Under the pieces are notes generated by a model that searched no databases, was not told the origin of the DNA, and was given only the letters and a program-made list of their open reading frames with translations. This document shows positions 1 through 8,615 of a stretch of DNA of 64,000 nucleotides, in pieces. The DNA is from Epithemia pelagica (lineage: Eukaryota; Protista; Bacillariophyta): the NCBI GenBank assembly GCA_946965045.2, contig OX337239.1, positions 2,666,001-2,730,000 of the forward strand, written 5' to 3'. The translations under genes and the position numbers were made by a program. How positions within the stretch are numbered: the stretch's first letter is position 1; each line of letters starts with the position of its first letter.

Positions 1-97
1 TGTTTGTGCTTGCGCCAATCTGAGTCGCCATTGTCTCAATATCCTGAAAAACACGATATAATGAAGACGTGGTGACATGCACAATGTGCATCTGTTC

Positions 98-355
98 TCA
101 TTTCTTTAGCAAGGCGTGACAGATGGGCCAAATGTTCAAAAGAGCATGTGTCCATAACGAATGATGGGTTACAACAACAATTCGTCCCACACCCTGACGG
201 ATCATGGAATACATTGTAGCCGCAAGGACAACTGCCTGAAGTTTATTCGATTGATCGTTGTTGCGCATTTTCGTGTGGGGAATTAAAGCCAAGGTGTTTC
301 TCATTGGGCTTGTATTTTTTTCCTTTAGCATAGAGAGAAGATCCTCAGTTGTTTC
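98..355 (-). pseudogene. 3' part of a host ORF interrupted by the copia insertion (unknown product)
   Basis: Removing 356-7151 and one GTTTC copy joins ...LWSVET to TEDLLSMLKEKNTSP...QAVVLAATMYSMIRQGVGRIVVV in frame. This gives an ORF of about 244 aa together with 7152-7633. Confidence 0.75.
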
Positions 356-552
356 TGATAGAATGCAGTGGGTAACGCAAACGGGAAAAGTGAAAGATTA
401 TAAGATCTTACTGTCTATGAGATCCTCGGACGATGTCAGCCCAACTGACTTTCTTGGTTTGGGTCTTTGGTCGTGTCATTGTTGCTTTGTGACTGGTTGT
501 GCGACCACGCCGGGCGACTTCGTCCTTGTCCATCACATTGTCAATTCCAACA
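356..552 (-). repeat. 3' LTR of copia element 1
   Basis: Direct repeat of 6955-7151, TGATAG...CCAACA. The only mismatch is T488 versus C7087, at a CpG. Confidence 0.97.
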
Positions 553-3500
553 CCCCCCACTCCAGCAAGCTCGGGTACGAGAATGTCCGGGAGTTCACGG
601 AAATGACTCACGTCACGATGTTCCTTCGTGAGCAGGTCGGCAGGATTCACGTTGCCGGGTATGTGGTAGACGGCAACTTCGCGGGCTTGGATGGCATCTC
701 GGATGGCGACTTGGCGCATGTTCAAGTGACGGAGGCGCTTGGTGATAGCCCCTGTACCACTCCAATCAACCGACCCTTTATTGTCATTGTATAGTGGAAT
801 GGGGTGGTGCGTATCTGTAACACCCAACTCGTTCATAAGGTAAACCAAGTGTTGCGCTTCCTTTGTCGCCAAGTCCATTGACTTGATTTCCGCTTCACAC
901 GAGCTACGGCTACACCGTTTCTCGCGTTCCACCTTCCACCAAATCGGACCACCACTCCAGATGAGTAGGGCGCCTTGCAAGGATTTGCATTCATCGTCAC
1001 TAACGGTCCTCGTTTCCTCGCCTTCGGGGAGAGGACGGGAGGCGTCTTGGGGTCCCCAGTTTGAATCGGTATAGGTGCTACTACCGTCGTGATCGGGAGG
1101 TGGGACCTTGTTCGGCCATGAGATGTAACCGTGAATAAGATTGTCTGCTGGGTTTTCCATGAAGGCGATACCGTTTTCGGTGGTCCCGCGTAAGTACCGA
1201 AGAACGTGTTTGGCGGCCTCCATATGACCGGGACTCAGATTTGTGATATGTCGACTGAGGAGTTTATGGGCCACAGCGATATCTGGTCTAGTGCTGATGG
1301 ACAGCCACGTTAGACCCCCCATAAGGGAACGATAAGAGGATGTTAGAGGGTTGTTTTCGGCCGTCGTCGTGGCCGTAGGGATGCGATCAATGGGGAGACC
1401 AGAACGGTACGGACTGGTGGCTGGTGTACATTTGTCCATATTGAATTTGGTCAGAAGTTGCTCAGTGAAGCCGGGTTGAGAAACATGTAGGCAAAGCCCC
1501 CCACTGGCGGTACGTGTCCATTGATAGCGGCACCCCAAGAAATAGGTGACCAGTCCCATGAAATCCACGGTGAGGATCTTTCCAAGGGCGGTCTCGAACC
1601 ATTTCTCACTCTCAGCCTCGCGACTAAAATAGATAAAGTCATCCACATAGACGCCCACGTAAATAGGAGGCCCATCCTCTCGCGCCTTACCGACAAGTAC
1701 ACACGGGTCATTCGCGCAGCGTTCAAAACCCAGGTCGTTCATGAGGACTTCAACAAATTTGTCGTACCAGTGGCGAGGACTACGGCGAAGGCCGTATAGA
1801 GTCTTCTTCAATCGCCAGTATGTGCCAGGTTTGCTGAGCGGGCATCCTTTGGGTGGTTGGCAAATCACTATTTCGTCTTCGGGTAACTCAGGCTGGCAGA
1901 ATGCATTCTTGCAATCTCCTTGCTTGGCCACTCGGCCCATTGCCACAGCCATCGATAGCAGCAGCCGACAGCTGGTTGATTGTAGTACCGGTGCATAACG
2001 GTCGGCGTTGGTCCACACTCTTTCCTCGAGATTCCCTAGAACAACGATTCGGCTCTTGGCTCGGTATGGGTTGCCCATTTCATCGGGCTTGATAGTAAAA
2101 ATATTCATCGTCGGTATGGCGGTGAACCCAGCCTCCTTATACCGGGCGTAGGTGGCCGCATCAATCTCATCAAACACATCCATTCCACACAAACTCCCAT
2201 GTTCCTCTCCGTATGCACCTGTCCAAATTCCGTTATCATTCGCACTGAGAGTGGGCAGACTCATCAACGAGGCGGGAGCCTTCTTACAATCGAGTCCACT
2301 GGCCGACACGAATCTACCAGAGGCCCTCTTCTGTTGGCTCAACGTCCATCCAGGAATCATGGTACCCAACTGTAGCCTTTCACGGTAATCTTGTGGCAGG
2401 TTGGATAGCGATAACACGAGTCGTTGATTGTTGTCGAGGGCGTCTCGGCTAACAAATTCCCATTCTCCAAATGGGTCGAGACGCAGTTCTCCCTGTACAT
2501 AACCATGTTCGTCCACTTGTATCGTCACCGCTTCACCGTCTCGTAGCCACGATGGTCGTAACGGATCGTTGTCAGATGGCTGTGCTTCTGTTGTAGGAGC
2601 ATCAATCGAAGCGGTAGTAGACTCGGCAATTGGGCGACCTAGTTTCAGGTCATTGACCCCCCAAACGGAGTCGCTGGAAATCTCCACAGGGTCGTCGGAT
2701 GCAGGATCGGTAGGTTTGATCTTATAAGTCGCAGTGGTAGCCGTTGGGACTTGGAGAACGTCGCCTTGGTGTCGTGTATGGGTACCAGGGGATCGCCAGT
2801 AGACTGGGGTTCCCGGCGGGTAAATTGCTTTTGTTTCACTGTCACGAGCCCACAACGAAAGTTGCAGCCCCCCATCGTACACCTGGGAAGGGAAAGCATC
2901 CTGGACGCTCCGGTTGGAGTCAAGAGAGTAGTCGGACGACACCGAAAAGGCACGGAGATCCGGATTGTAGAAAACAAGGCCATTACAGAAGTCACTGCGA
3001 CCAACGGCAATACCAACAAAACTATGGGCTTCGAAGGACTGGCGAGAACGACGACCATCGGAGGGGCGATGAAAATAACCAATCGAACCAAAAGGGAAAA
3101 GGACGCGATAGTCGGGTTTGCGAGAATAGAACAATTCAAGCGGAGTGGTCCATGAAGAGGGGGAAGTCTGGACGGGAAGGAGGTTCATCCGATGGAAAGA
3201 CTCACGGAGAGCCCAATACCAAAACGAACGGGGAAGCTTGGCTTCCGCAAGAAACGAGCGGGCCATCCGAACACCAGTGCGCCATGCACGTTCGACCAAA
3301 CCATTGGATGATTGTCGCCGAGGAGCGGCAGACCGAACCACAATGCGGAGACTCTTGAGAAACCCAGCCATACTCCCACCAAGGAACCGACTGTCGAAGT
3401 CGCACTGAACGGTCTTAGGGATGCCGCCGGCATCGATGAGAAACCGCCAGAACGCGTCTTGAAGGTCCCCACCGGTCAGTCGTTGAAGACCGTAACAGAA

Positions 3501-6500
3501 CACCATGCGGGTAGCACTATCGACTAGGGTAAGACAGTAGTTAAACCCCCCAGGTGACGTTCCGGAGCCGTAGCCAATATCCATTCCAACAAGGTCCAAC
3601 TTACTCCGCTCTCGGCGACGAGACGGACCACGGCGACGTTGGTCGATCGTAGTAAAATCGCCAACGGTAGGAACGGATTCCTGGGCGTCCACCACCTGGA
3701 CACCGCTACCGACCGCCTGAAGAAGCGTGAAATCGCCAACCGTGCGATTACCGAACAGTCGGTGCAATTCGAACGGCGTGTGGCGACGCTGCTTACCAAT
3801 GCCGGTATCGGCCACATAGCAAGAGGGTAGAGTCGGGGAGGCAGACGGTGAAGACTTGGCTTGGGTTTGAGCACGTGTGGCGACGCGACGACCAATCGCC
3901 CGACAGGCACGACCATAAAGAACGCTGCCATGGCCATCACTATAGGCCAATGTAGGAGTAGCCGAACAGGGACGGATGGGAATGAGCGGATCGGCATCGT
4001 CATCTACCGACACGACGAACGATGGGAACGTGGGGGACATCCCCTGACCATCAGCAAGGAAACTGCAACCGGCACCACGTCGACGGTGAACACGGATGGA
4101 GAGAAGATGGACATCAAGTTGCGGAACATGAAAACAATCAGCCAATCGAACTGAATGTCCCCCCAGGACGAATTGGACTGTGCCTTTGCCAACAATGGGG
4201 ACGCGACGACCATCACCCATTTCCACAAATTGATGGGAGACTGGTTCGTATTCCTCATCCACGAAGAGGGCCCGATCCCAAAACATGTCGGCAGTTGCGC
4301 CGGAATCGGGGCACAACAGAGAACGACGGGGAGAGGGAGAGGACGGGGGAATACTACGGCGACAAACAGAGGACGGAGAGTCGACCGGAAATATGGGTGA
4401 TTCATCTAGTAAGAGATTACTGTCACTACCTCGACTACCAAGTATCCAATGTTCAGCGAAACCATCCGAGCCTTCCGACGGAGCCTCGCTCCAATCATCA
4501 GCATCGTCAAAGTCACTCTGTGGAACAGGGCAGGAGGTGAGGGACAGTACATCACAGGGCAATCTTGAGGGACCCAACAACTTACATGTCGACAAGGCAG
4601 TGTCGCTACCAACCGTGTCCACCACAGGAGCTCGACTGACGGGAGGAGCGGAATCTTGAGCTCGACGACCGGCCACACTGGGAGTCTCGGCACTACCCGA
4701 CGAAGAACGACGACCAGCAGGGAAGGAAGATGGGCGCCCTTCAGGATTCAACACCGTATCCTTGGTGTAGTCGTAGTCAATGGTGAACCCACACTCCTTC
4801 AACAGTGGGCACTTCCAAGTAGGATGAATACCGCGGCCACCTTTCTTGTTCCCCTTTCGGAGAATTTTACACATCAGGCATTTGTACTCCTTATGTTGCT
4901 GTTTCGCTTCGGCCGACGTCAAACTCGGTCCAACGGGCGTAAAATCATCGTCGACATCACTCTCACCAGAGGTCACTCGTCTCCCTTTGATCACCTGGTT
5001 GCTACTGCTTTTACCATCCATGACTTCCATAGTGGACCTGGATTTGTAACAGTGTTCCCGAAACTCCTGATGCATTGAGATAAACAGTTCTTGTGTCGAC
5101 ATGTGGAACAAATCCAGACGATTGCATTTAAACTCTTCTTCTAAGGTACGCATGGCGTGCCCATAAGGCCCCTTAACGACCAAGTAGTAGAATCGTACGC
5201 GAAACTGCAAATCAGTCACTTCATACTTGTGCGTCTGCAATCGTGCCCGAGCTTCCTTGGCTCGACGATAAAAGGTTGTGAGGTCTTCCTTGTTTCGATG
5301 CGAGAGGCGATGCCACGTATCCAGATCGTGAAAGAAGGAACTGGTGGTAGTCGGATAGGCAATCGCACGCAGACGCTCCAGTAACACGATACCATCCCCA
5401 TAAGCGTCCTCAGACTGTAACTCCGACAAGACACCGAGAGCCACGGGATTCCGTTTACCTTGAATGGCGATGACTAAATGATAATGCAGCTGTTGTGAAA
5501 CCAGACGGTCATGCTCGTTGTCAGGGGTAGTAGTGTGACGCGGAATCGTCGACCCATCTTGTAGATGCCAGTGGGGCATGTGTAGGATGTTCCGGACCGC
5601 TTCGTAAAACTGATCAAAGTGTTCGCCTGTAAATGCTGTGGCTGGATATTCCGGGAACCCTTTCTGTTCGCGCCGCAACTTGCCACTTGGGGTTTCGGTA
5701 AAACCACTCCCCCCCAAACCGACAGCACCAAGAGGCCGCGCAGGAGAGGCGGCACCAGGAGCAGCATTGAGAGAACGCACAACGTGAGCCACAGTATCAG
5801 GAGGAACCGAAGCACCGAGGAGAGCGGACTCCAAACGACGAGCAAGAGACGTGGTATCCGAGGGAGCGGGCGAAGCAACGAGGGCAGGGGACGGGGCACC
5901 CGGGGAGAAAGCGGCCACGGGACGCGGCCAAGGACCCTGTGTATATGGGACGGTAGGAAGGGGAGGGAACGGACCCCGTGGCGGACACAAGCGAGGGTCC
6001 CAACCCAAATACCGAACGGCGGCATCATAGGTAGAGGCGCCTGCAAATTCGGGGCTGGACCCACTGAGGGACCGAAAATCGGCAATACGGGCCCACGCGT
6101 CGCCCCAGGAGGTGTAGATTCCGGGATTCCAACCTCTACGGACGGCGTAGAAGTTCTTGTGGGAATGTTGGGTAGACCGGTCAGGTCCTATATACCCTCG
6201 GAGGTAAGGGTGAGCAACGCCGTGGAAGTCCCCACGGACAACCAACTCGGACAAAATCTCGGATGAGGAGGATTGGTAACGGACGTAGACCTCCGCAGCC
6301 CCAAATGTCACAGTAGGAGGAGGCATGGGACCAGTAGGACTCGGTGGGGTAGGAGGAGGACTGAACGACGCCAAAGGCCCAGGAGTAACAATCTCGGTTG
6401 GCACTGGACGACCTTCTAGTAAGCTCCCGCCCGGAGAAAGGTCCGCATCATAAAGAGCTTCTTCTGCCGCTTCAATTGTGTCGGCAACGCTGAGAGAACG

Positions 6501-6884
6501 GGGACACACCGATTGATCACCGCCTTGAATGATGACCTCACGAGTGTAGGGACTGTACGCACTCAACGGGTCGGACGATAAGGAGGCATCTGGATCTGGA
6601 CGTTGGTAACGAGGAGGAGGAGGAGACTCCGTCACTCGAGGAAGGGAAACCACCACTTCGGGAACAATGGCATGAACCATGGTCGGTGGATCAGCTGAGA
6701 CGACTGTGTTGGCCACGTTATGGTTGGTGGACTCAGCATTGGACAGTGGATCATCCAACGAAGGAATGGTGGGGTTGATGTTGAGCTGTTGTAACATACG
6801 GCCAAACGGGGTCCGTAACAGTCTCGGATGGGAGAAGAAGCCTCCAGGAGGATCATCGGCAGATCCACCAGTTGTGGAGGACAT
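408..6884 (-). CDS. Gag-Pol polyprotein (Gag with RNase H1-N/Cauli_VI-like domain, aspartic protease, DDE integrase, RT, RNase H)
   Basis: First ATG at 6884 (MSSTTGG). Protease CPDSGAT; integrase GMDIG...CDFDS...NGLVERAW; RT AKSRIVVLG, GDCKNAF, LYGL, YVDD; RNase H YTDSNW, CEAE, DNKG, NPADLLTK. The stop lies inside the 3' LTR. Confidence 0.95.
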   Translation of the reverse strand: MSSTTGGSADDPPGGFFSHPRLLRTPFGRMLQQLNINPTIPSLDDPLSNAESTNHNVANTVVSADPPTMVHAIVPEVVVSLPRVTESPPPPRYQRPDPDASLSSDPLSAYSPYTREVIIQGGDQSVCPRSLSVADTIEAAEEALYDADLSPGGSLLEGRPVPTEIVTPGPLASFSPPPTPPSPTGPMPPPTVTFGAAEVYVRYQSSSSEILSELVVRGDFHGVAHPYLRGYIGPDRSTQHSHKNFYAVRRGWNPGIYTSWGDAWARIADFRSLSGSSPEFAGASTYDAAVRYLGWDPRLCPPRGPFPPLPTVPYTQGPWPRPVAAFSPGAPSPALVASPAPSDTTSLARRLESALLGASVPPDTVAHVVRSLNAAPGAASPARPLGAVGLGGSGFTETPSGKLRREQKGFPEYPATAFTGEHFDQFYEAVRNILHMPHWHLQDGSTIPRHTTTPDNEHDRLVSQQLHYHLVIAIQGKRNPVALGVLSELQSEDAYGDGIVLLERLRAIAYPTTTSSFFHDLDTWHRLSHRNKEDLTTFYRRAKEARARLQTHKYEVTDLQFRVRFYYLVVKGPYGHAMRTLEEEFKCNRLDLFHMSTQELFISMHQEFREHCYKSRSTMEVMDGKSSSNQVIKGRRVTSGESDVDDDFTPVGPSLTSAEAKQQHKEYKCLMCKILRKGNKKGGRGIHPTWKCPLLKECGFTIDYDYTKDTVLNPEGRPSSFPAGRRSSSGSAETPSVAGRRAQDSAPPVSRAPVVDTVGSDTALSTCKLLGPSRLPCDVLSLTSCPVPQSDFDDADDWSEAPSEGSDGFAEHWILGSRGSDSNLLLDESPIFPVDSPSSVCRRSIPPSSPSPRRSLLCPDSGATADMFWDRALFVDEEYEPVSHQFVEMGDGRRVPIVGKGTVQFVLGGHSVRLADCFHVPQLDVHLLSIRVHRRRGAGCSFLADGQGMSPTFPSFVVSVDDDADPLIPIRPCSATPTLAYSDGHGSVLYGRACRAIGRRVATRAQTQAKSSPSASPTLPSCYVADTGIGKQRRHTPFELHRLFGNRTVGDFTLLQAVGSGVQVVDAQESVPTVGDFTTIDQRRRGPSRRRERSKLDLVGMDIGYGSGTSPGGFNYCLTLVDSATRMVFCYGLQRLTGGDLQDAFWRFLIDAGGIPKTVQCDFDSRFLGGSMAGFLKSLRIVVRSAAPRRQSSNGLVERAWRTGVRMARSFLAEAKLPRSFWYWALRESFHRMNLLPVQTSPSSWTTPLELFYSRKPDYRVLFPFGSIGYFHRPSDGRRSRQSFEAHSFVGIAVGRSDFCNGLVFYNPDLRAFSVSSDYSLDSNRSVQDAFPSQVYDGGLQLSLWARDSETKAIYPPGTPVYWRSPGTHTRHQGDVLQVPTATTATYKIKPTDPASDDPVEISSDSVWGVNDLKLGRPIAESTTASIDAPTTEAQPSDNDPLRPSWLRDGEAVTIQVDEHGYVQGELRLDPFGEWEFVSRDALDNNQRLVLSLSNLPQDYRERLQLGTMIPGWTLSQQKRASGRFVSASGLDCKKAPASLMSLPTLSANDNGIWTGAYGEEHGSLCGMDVFDEIDAATYARYKEAGFTAIPTMNIFTIKPDEMGNPYRAKSRIVVLGNLEERVWTNADRYAPVLQSTSCRLLLSMAVAMGRVAKQGDCKNAFCQPELPEDEIVICQPPKGCPLSKPGTYWRLKKTLYGLRRSPRHWYDKFVEVLMNDLGFERCANDPCVLVGKAREDGPPIYVGVYVDDFIYFSREAESEKWFETALGKILTVDFMGLVTYFLGCRYQWTRTASGGLCLHVSQPGFTEQLLTKFNMDKCTPATSPYRSGLPIDRIPTATTTAENNPLTSSYRSLMGGLTWLSISTRPDIAVAHKLLSRHITNLSPGHMEAAKHVLRYLRGTTENGIAFMENPADNLIHGYISWPNKVPPPDHDGSSTYTDSNWGPQDASRPLPEGEETRTVSDDECKSLQGALLIWSGGPIWWKVEREKRCSRSSCEAEIKSMDLATKEAQHLVYLMNELGVTDTHHPIPLYNDNKGSVDWSGTGAITKRLRHLNMRQVAIRDAIQAREVAVYHIPGNVNPADLLTKEHRDVSHFRELPDILVPELAGVGGVGIDNVMDKDEVARRGRTTSHKATMTRPKTQTKKVSWADIVRGSHRQ
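553..566 (-). promoter_or_regulatory. Polypurine tract
   Basis: The minus strand reads GCTGGAGTGGGGGG immediately before the 3' LTR. Confidence 0.8.
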
Positions 6885-6940
6885 GGTAAAGGAAGGTCTC
6901 CCCGTGGGGGTTACCCAAACGCAAAGCAAGGCACCGCAGT

Positions 6941-6954
6941 TGGGCTCGATAACC
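6941..6954 (-). promoter_or_regulatory. Primer-binding site, half-tRNA type
   Basis: The minus strand reads GGTTATCGAGCCCA directly after the 5' LTR. It resembles the complement of the tRNAiMet anticodon arm (GGTTATGAGCCCA) with one extra C, and has no TGG start. Confidence 0.65.
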
Positions 6955-7151
6955 TGATAGAATGCAGTGGGTAACGCAAACGGGAAAAGTGAAAGATTAT
7001 AAGATCTTACTGTCTATGAGATCCTCGGACGATGTCAGCCCAACTGACTTTCTTGGTTTGGGTCTTTGGTCGTGTCATTGTTGCTTCGTGACTGGTTGTG
7101 CGACCACGCCGGGCGACTTCGTCCTTGTCCATCACATTGTCAATTCCAACA
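6955..7151 (-). repeat. 5' LTR of copia element 1
   Basis: Matches 356-552 at 196/197 positions. Confidence 0.97.
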
Positions 7152-7633
7152 GTTTCTACCGACCACAAAAAGTTTAGCAATATGCTCATGATACGTTCGA
7201 AGCTTTTTGGGTAGTCAGGTGAATGAGCATTAAGCCCTTTGTACCATTTGGACAAGTGTTCAGCACTAAAGTCCAGAAAGTCTTTTGTCATGCGGACATC
7301 CCTTCTATGATTGATACGAACTGCACTAAACACCGCACTCTCCAAATTGGAAAGTGACCCATTTGTAACATCCATGCGTTCGAATCGATCAACAGATTGC
7401 CACCAAGAGGCTGCGTAGGCATCAGAAATGGCTACAAAATTCTTGGAGTCAAAATATTCAATCGGTCGTTCAAGTGAAGTCGACATGGGCTCAATCAGTT
7501 GGGTTACATTTTGGGGTGGCCCCAAGTCATATGTATGGAACATCATCAAAAACTTATATTGGGCCACAATGAAACTCATCACCATGAATAGGGACATGCC
7601 CTCACGAATGCCAATTCGGCACGCAGAGTACAT
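7152..7633 (-). pseudogene. 5' part of the host ORF interrupted by the copia insertion
   Basis: The ORF from ATG 7633 runs into the LTR. It rejoins 350-98 in frame when the element is removed. Confidence 0.7.
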
Positions 7634-7831
7634 TGTGCTGGTATGATGGTATGACGGAAATGACAGAAAGCTCTCTATTCACTGCTTGTTTCATGGCAAT
7701 GAAAAAATGAGCTGTTCCCTCTTTGCGAAAACAGAAAACAGACACCTTTTGGCCGTTGTCGCGCGTCCCGCAATGACTTTAGTCGTCAGGGCGTGAAATG
7801 TGAAACCTCTTGGGCATGAGGGAGGATAATT

Positions 7832-8014
7832 TGAATTAACACTGACGGTCAGACGCAAAATAAGGCCAAACTATCAGAAATTATGGCAACTAAACTAGGG
7901 GGTGCTGTCCCCTAAGGAAAATATGATATGAAAATTATGAGGGAGTCAACCCAACTAGAGGACATCCGGGTCACTACCGTTTGCTTTGCGCAAACCCATA
8001 GGGGAATTTCTTCA
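7832..8014 (-). repeat. Diverged 3' LTR of a family related to the 240-bp CoDi LTR, with adjacent PPT remnant
   Basis: Starts TGAATTAACACTGACGGTCAGACGC and contains AAACTATCAGAAATTATGGCAACTAAACTAGGGG, as in 33737-33976. Ends TTCA, followed by GTCCCC like the other 3' LTRs. Confidence 0.7.
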
Positions 8015-8615
8015 GTCCCCTCAACATAGCATCCATAGCCCACATAGCTTGCTAGGATTGCTAGGTTGTTGCGAAATTTCGGGCAGGATCACATTTTCCG
8101 GAAAAAATCCAAAATCCGTGAGAAAATTTTGATCGGTCGCATGTTACACTGCACATCCAATAACAGCCTCAAGTACTGCGTGGTAACTGGTAACAGATGC
8201 TGTTAGATTTCTTGCTGCGTATTACAAGCTGAGTTCAGGGAGTATGTTCCTGACGTAGACCCCTCGTAGATTTAGTACCATTTAGTATAATCCTTAATAG
8301 CGTTCGGCCTTACTAGTGAATGAAAGTGTCCGACTCGAGACTTCCCAGTGTCTTAAGAAAATAAGTTATTTGTCTTGGTGTGTTGTGTGACAGCTTCCGA
8401 ACGCTAGAATTTCGTCCAAAATGATGAAGAAAACGGTTGTTGTCTAACGACCATGGTGGACGGCCATCCCAACCGTTCGAGATGTTGCCGAGCTGCATCC
8501 GGATGCTTTAGGGTTTACTTGAACCACCCCCAATGGGGCAACATCTCAAACGGTTGGCATCATCCTCAATAATTCGATCATCCAACTCATCCCACGCAAC
8601 ACGGTCTACAACAGG

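Larger units (their letters stand above)
356..7151 (-). mobile_element. Full-length, apparently intact Ty1/copia LTR retrotransposon (CoDi-like)
   Basis: 197-bp LTRs (TG...CA) at 356-552 and 6955-7151 differ at one site. 5-bp TSD GTTTC at 351-355 and 7152-7156. PBS and PPT lie next to the LTRs. A single uninterrupted gag-pol ORF has copia domain order PR-IN-RT-RH. Confidence 0.97.

Noticed and set aside
258-794. Plus-strand 178-aa ORF and its duplicate at 6962-7177
   Set aside because: They are antisense to the LTR and RNase H, and duplicated only because the LTR is duplicated.
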